A stretch of DNA of 64,000 nt. Origin: Chrysomallon squamiferum (lineage: Eukaryota > Animalia > Mollusca). Shown here piece by piece: positions 57,528-64,000 of this stretch (its first letter is position 1; each line of letters opens with the position of its first letter). The DNA is taken from assembly GCA_012295275.1 (NCBI GenBank), contig CM022674.1, forward strand, positions 14,942,001 through 15,006,000, written 5' to 3'. Both the position numbers and the translations under genes were made by a program. A model generated the notes under the pieces. It searched no databases. It saw nothing but the letters and a program-made list of their open reading frames with translations, and was not told the DNA's origin.

Positions 57528-59574
57528 TTAGTTACGATGTTGGGTTTCCGTCGACAACTGGCGAGGAATGGCGTGCAGATAGCCGTCATCTCGGATTTCT
57601 CCTAAAATCGAAACGTACGAATGCGTCCCCTCGCTGTGGAAACTTTCAGAAGTGCTGGCTGTCTTGTTGATGCCTAAGTAGAAGTGGCTGGTGTTGTCGG
57701 ATTCAGCACTCCGTCGTAGAGCATTGTAACCAATGACATTTCGGTGTGAATCAAAATAGCTGACAGTGTCGTCTGTATTCTGTCGATGAAGACTGTTGTC
57801 ATTAGCAACACTGTTCTGTCTTTCACTCTTTCGTTTTCTTCTTCTGTTATAATAATAATAGTAGTAGACAATAATATCAACAAGCACGACGCCAACATAC
57901 AGTACTGCGATTAGGACGCCAACAACGATGACAGCTGCAATTGCAATTAGCGAACATTTTATAAATATTTAACAATACCTCAGCACATTTCTAGGTTAAC
58001 TGATATTGCACCCATCGTTCATAAAAATAAATTCTGAGAGAGGAAAATAAAAATTATGGATGCTCTACAGCCTTCAAATAAACAGTTAAAATAATTAATA
58101 AAATTAAGAAAATAGTTGTGTTATGATATATGATGAATGGTGTACTATGATTACATTGTGTTATGATGGGGTATTGTATATTATGGTATAGTATATTATG
58201 ATATTTTACGGTATGGTGTATATGGTATATTATGCTATAACAATATAATGTCATATAATATCGTATTGTATGGTACTGTGATATGGAATGGAACTGTATG
58301 TTGATATATCTAGTAACCATACAGATACTTACTGTGTTGTATCATGCCATATCATACCTAATATCATGTTATACAGAACTCTATCTTACCATAAGATATC
58401 ATGCAGAACTGTATAGTACTATACCATATCATAAGATACAGTACTATATCACATCATATAGAACTGTACAGTGGTATATCATATCACATAACTGTACAGT
58501 ACCATAAAATATTATACAGAACTGTACAGTACTATATCATACCATATAGAACTGTACAGTGGTATACCATATCACACGTAATATAACATATCATAGAGAA
58601 ATGTACAATACCTTACCATATCATACAGAACTATACAAAACTATATCATATCATAGGAACTGTATAGTACCATACAATATCATAAATAACTGAACAGTAC
58701 ATATCATATCATACAGAACTGTACAGTACTATATAATATCATACAGAACTTTACAGTACTATGCTATATCATACTGAACTTTACAACACTCTATCATATC
58801 ATATAGAACTCTAAAGTTCTATACCATATCATAAAGAACTGTACACTACTGTTTCACATCATGCAGAACTGTAATGCACAATATACAAAACTGTACCTTA
58901 TCACAAAGCACACTATTAAGAAATGAACCACACCATATCATATAGAACTTTATTATCTAGTAACATACAGAACTGCACCACAATATTTCTTATCGTACAG
59001 TCTCATAGACAATATCACATTACTTTTCGGCTTAATTACCTGGAAAAGCATTATCGGTTGATTTTTCTACACTATTTATTGTAGTTGTCTGAGATAAACT
59101 TGAATTATTGACTGAATGCGTATTTGGTGTGATGACTGGGCTGGTATATGTCCTTGTGGTTGACATGGTTGAATGTGTTGTATCAGATGTGCTGGTTGAA
59201 GTAACTGGTTTTATGGTTGTTGTACTAGTTGATGTGCTGGAGAAGGTTGTCGTTGGCTGTTTCGTGGTTGTATTAGTTTGTTCGATTGGCTCTGATGTTG
59301 ATGTTGTAGAAAAGGCACTGTCAGAAGAGCGGCAGTGAATGCAGAACTTCCCTGTAGAAAATGGTTAAATAACAGAACGCCGGTGAAATACTATAACTGA
59401 TACTTTTCTTAACAATAACATATAATTATGTATGTGTACTGTACGTGTGTTTGTATGTGTGTGGGTAAATATGTGATCACGTATCGATATATATATATAT
59501 GTATATATATAGGCAGATAGATAGATAGATAGATAGTTAGATAGATAGATACATATATACATATATACGAAACT

Positions 59575-59667
<93 letters not shown>

Positions 59668-60184
59668 CTATACCTGAACTACTTGTTTTTACTTCAATAC
59701 AATGTGTGACTTTTGTTCTCATGTCAGCTTCTAACTTAAACAAGAAATCAGAACCAAACCGATTTAAACTAGTAAGTCCGTTACTGGAAATGTTTGTAAC
59801 AGTTTTATCCTTTTTCACAGAGAATTTTCCTGTGCAGTCATTTGGAGAAGTCTGCGTTAATATTATATTCAGCCAGATATTTGATGTTGCCTTAATCTGA
59901 CAGCTGCAAGTAGCTGCAGTTGTTGCAGGTACAAAGACGTCAGGATAAACTTTTTTAACGGAGTTGGCGATGTCGTTCTGACACATGCGTAGAACTGGAA
60001 TATTTAATTAACACAGAGTCTAAAATAAATGCAATAGAAACATAAATAATTAAAAATTAATTAGTAGAGTGATCATTTGGTTAAAAGCACTGTAAGTAAA
60101 ATTGAATGCTGAGATGTCGGTAATAATAATACATTTATAAAATAAAGTAAAAAAAGGAAAACACCAAAATGAATAATAATGATC

Positions 60185-60252
<68 letters not shown>

Positions 60253-60808
60253 ATTAAATAAAAAAATAAAATAGATAACCTACACTATTTCCAGTTATCA
60301 GTTTCGAACACGCCTCGTACGCTGAAACAAATGTTCAGTTGACAGTTTCAATAGACAGTAATATCAGTTAATTTTCTGTAATTTTAAAGAAATTACTAGG
60401 ATACATCGTTTACATTTTTATCATCGTCACTGGTAGTAAACTATTTATTTAATTATGTTCAAAGAACCCATTGTTTAATTTTTTTCTCAGCGGTTTTTAG
60501 CTGTCAAAACTTTATTAAACATAATAGAAAGTCTACTTTTGTTTATAAAATAAACATTTGATTCTACATAACCAGTGTAACACGCTTTATGTTGTTTTTA
60601 TTTGTTTGTCAGTTCAGACGCCTCTATAAACTGTCCTACTTCTGTTTATGTAAACTATGAAATACATAAGTTCATATATGTACATGAATATATTGATATA
60701 TATTAACATTGAAACATGCATTTATACATATATCCAGATGTGAACGCGCGCTCAGACATACACATACACAGGCAAATGTCTAATGTATATATATATATAT
60801 ATATATAT

Positions 60809-60903
<95 letters not shown>

Positions 60904-61113
60904 TACAGATAGAGATATGAAATCGAGATTACATAGGTTCGACATATATAAAATAGTGTTCTTCTGTCCTGTAGATTTTTGTGTTTGCCATATACATATT
61001 ACATTAATTCGCGTGTCTGAAAGCCAATATTATTATGTAAAAAATCACATACCTTGAGACGCTATAAAAGCAACAGAGAAGAACAGTAACACGTACGACG
61101 TCTTCCACGCCAT
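57528..61113 (-). CDS. Receptor A4: complete, class A ectodomain, T2 tail; TM and tail exons fused by intron loss
   Basis: Exons 61113-61053 (MAWKTSYVLLFFSVAFIASQ), 60321-60280 (AYEACSKLITGNSV; weak donor gttatc), 59994-59674, 59351-59040, and 57934-57528 (AVIVVGVLIAVLYVGVVLVDIIVYYYYYYNRRRKRK...TQHRN*). The frame is open. Confidence 0.82.
58330..59000. repeat. Intronic ~30-bp minisatellite, paralog of 11760-12500
   Basis: Same unit catatcatacagaactgtacagtactatat. Confidence 0.8.
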
Positions 61114-62699
61114 GGATTTCATACTACGACATGTCTACCTTTTCACCGTTGACGCACTGTTCACTCTCTGATATTTAATATCTTATAAAGTCACACTTTC
61201 TTCCTGGTCTTTCAACATTCAGTATTACTTAATTTGTTGAAACACAACAGACTAATCTTTTTAATATTAGTGTACCTACAATCTAGATACATTTACAGCT
61301 GATAGACGTTTTGACAATTTTTTGAAGGAGTATATATATTTGTATATACTAGTATGTGTATCTTTGACTGTTTTGTATACACTTCCGAAGTGCGACCATA
61401 AAAGGAGCTGTATTGAAAAAGAAAAATAACAACAACAAATTCCGAGTGAAAATCCGGTTTTACACTGTTATAAGGATTAAAAATAATTTGTGCTTTTTTT
61501 CTCTTCTCTAATAATCCTTTTCTCCTTTTCGCCTTTTCTTTGTTGTTATAAACCAGTTACAGGAGAGTGTTGAGACAAATGGTGGGTCAGATAAAATATT
61601 TCAAACTGTACGCGTATAAAATTATATAAATACAGAAAGGGTCTGTATGAATATTCAGTGGATATTAACAACACACACACGCACGCATACATACATATGT
61701 AAATAGAGACAGAAATACATACATACAGATATTATTACGTACGTTCAAACATATAAAATACGCACAAAATATCGCAAGAGAAAAGGAGGAAGAAGAAAAT
61801 GATCATACAGTGTTGAATGTAATAGTTCGTCCCACTTTCTGTGATTGACATATTAATATATTATTAAACACAATCAGCTTTACACTGGCCACACACATAT
61901 ACGAAGCCACAACACAAAGAAATCACCAGCCAAACATTGTAAATGTTGTAGTTGAGAATATTCAGAAAGAACTTCCTAGTTGAAGTAAACTACTTGTTCA
62001 CAAAGCGTAAATAAAAAATGGGGTGTGAGATCTTTGAAAAGATGAGATTTGCAGCCTTAAGAAAATAATTATATAATAGTAGAAGTAGTAGTAGTAGAAC
62101 TGCTGGCACAAGTAGTTTTATTAGTACTATTACTAAAACTACTACTATATACTAATTGGAATGTCGATGACGATGATGATTCATCGTGTTATTATGTGTG
62201 TTTGTGTATTTTTAAATTTTTTCTCAGTCCAATTTAAATTCTTTTTGACATACTCAAAAGTCAACTTGCCCAGAAAGAAAGCGGATCTCCAGTAAAAAAA
62301 TGCATAAGAAATATTTTTATTTGACTCTCTGGGCAAAACACAAAACAACTGAAATTATCAGTATCTGTGTTGGCATATGGGAAAAAAAAAAGAAAAGAAA
62401 AAGAAAAAAAGAGAGAAACGCAGGAGAGATAGGTCTTAGAATAGGACGATGTTCTTTGTAATACATGTAACTGATTTCTGTCTGAACATTTCGACTTTAT
62501 CCTGTAAATCTATGAGAGACACGATCCACCAATGTTGTGTTATATTGGACCGTTGAAAATAAGCAGGATAAATCTTATAACCTAAGACATTACTAACCAG
62601 TACTTTTTTCTTTTGTTTCTTTTCTTTTTATTCTAAATAATAATAATAATAATAGTAATAATAAAAATAATAATATTATTATTAATAATAATGATGATG

Positions 62700-62791
<92 letters not shown>

Positions 62792-63039
62792 ATTAACGTT
62801 TACTTATCAAATCACCGCTCTAGTCAGTAGTAGGTTCAGGCTTATTCATTCTGTTGTCGCCATTATTTTTCTCCTACCTACACTACCTCATTTTGTTATT
62901 GGTTGTAAAACAAGAGATGTGAAGTACTTTGGTTGTTCTCTTTCTTTCTATTTCGTTGAGCTGTTAAGGCAGTGACATCACTCTAGCGACGTCATAACAA
63001 TTGCTTTATAATAATTATTATTATTATTATTATTATTAT

Positions 63040-63071
<32 letters not shown>

Positions 63072-63664
63072 TTGTTGTTCTTCTTCTTGTTGTTGCATGT
63101 ATGTGAGTCAGTATATGTGAGTGTAGTTATATTTAAAGAAAGAATACTTTCAAAGTAACAAAGAAAGAAATAACATAAAAAAAATGATAAAATAAACATA
63201 ATTTAATATCTAAAAATAAATAAACACAGCTTTCATTTACAATGTTCATTTTAACCGTGATGTCACAGAGATGTTTTATGTTATACGTTACTGGTGACAT
63301 TAGCGACTGATCTCGTACACCGTATTACGTTCACCTTTAAAATAATCATAATTACGTCATAATCACTGGATGTAAGTTAGGGGTTTCTGTCTCAGAACAT
63401 GAGAAAGATATTAATTATAGTGAAACGAAACATAAAACTGAGATATAATTATAAACTAAAACAGAACCTATCTTTGTCAGCATCATAATTATTCTTTACA
63501 CTAGAAATAACAGGAAAATCTTCGTCGGAAATGTACAGTATAAACAAAGTACAGTAAATAACATTAATATCTAATAATAACATAGTGAAAACATCTTTAC
63601 TCGATGTTTAATTATAATGTGTCTTTATAACTGACGTCATGATGGTTATACAGGTCAAAGACGT

Positions 63665-64000
63665 CTACGTAGTTCCTCTGATGTGTAGGTAAACGTGGCT
63701 ATCGTCGACTCTTGAATATGAGTTGTAACGCGAGGTATCGTTAGATTGCAAATGTTCGTAGTTGCTGTCTTGGTTGTCGTGAGGCTGCTGTATGTGTAGA
63801 TAGATGTTACCCTCACTGTCGCGTTGTGGTGGGTTCACGTATTGCACAACGTCATGTTGTAAATGTTCATAGTTGTCGTTGCTGATGTTAGAAGTGACGT
63901 TTTGTTCTGAATCAAGTTGACGTCGAGTGCCTTGTTGATGTAGATCGTTGTTCACGTCATTTGTTGCATTGTTTTCTCTGTTTTTGTGTTTTCTTCTCCT
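63665..64000 (-). CDS. Last (T1 tail) exon of a further family member, B6; rest of the gene lies beyond the window
   Basis: RRRKHKNREN...NYEHL...QYVNP...IYLHI...NYEHL...VYLHIRGTT*, highly similar to the B1, B2 and B4 tails. Confidence 0.8.
   Translation of the reverse strand, partial: RRRKHKNRENNATNDVNNDLHQQGTRRQLDSEQNVTSNISNDNYEHLQHDVVQYVNPPQRDSEGNIYLHIQQPHDNQDSNYEHLQSNDTSRYNSYSRVDDSHVYLHIRGTT

Overview
AT-rich, microsatellite-dense eukaryotic DNA with GT-AG introns, from an invertebrate animal; a mollusc such as a cephalopod is a guess from repeat style only. The whole window is a head-to-tail tandem array, all on the minus strand, of 12 copies (intact, broken or partial) of one multi-exon gene family I do not recognise. 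The genes encode type I membrane receptors with six exons: signal peptide (55-61 nt), Cys micro-exon (36-42 nt), Cys-rich ~107-116 aa beta-type ectodomain (321-348 nt), Ser/Thr mucin stalk, transmembrane segment (76-82 nt) and a Tyr-motif-rich cytoplasmic tail. There are three ectodomain classes (called A, B, C here) and three tail classes: T1 with ITAM-like YxxL-x10-YxxL, T2 with GYDPL/GYLQP, and T3 with repeated YxxVxK plus an ITSM-like motif. These are combined modularly, with hypervariable ectodomain loops, chimeras, an intron loss, a duplicated micro-exon and many pseudogenes. This pattern suggests a fast-evolving paired activating/inhibitory immune or allorecognition receptor cluster (inference). 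Tigger/pogo transposon relics, a MITE, a 30-bp minisatellite and many microsatellites are also present. Gene models were built by hand from splice sites and reading phase, with no expression data; names A1-A4, B1-B6, C1 and X are my own labels.
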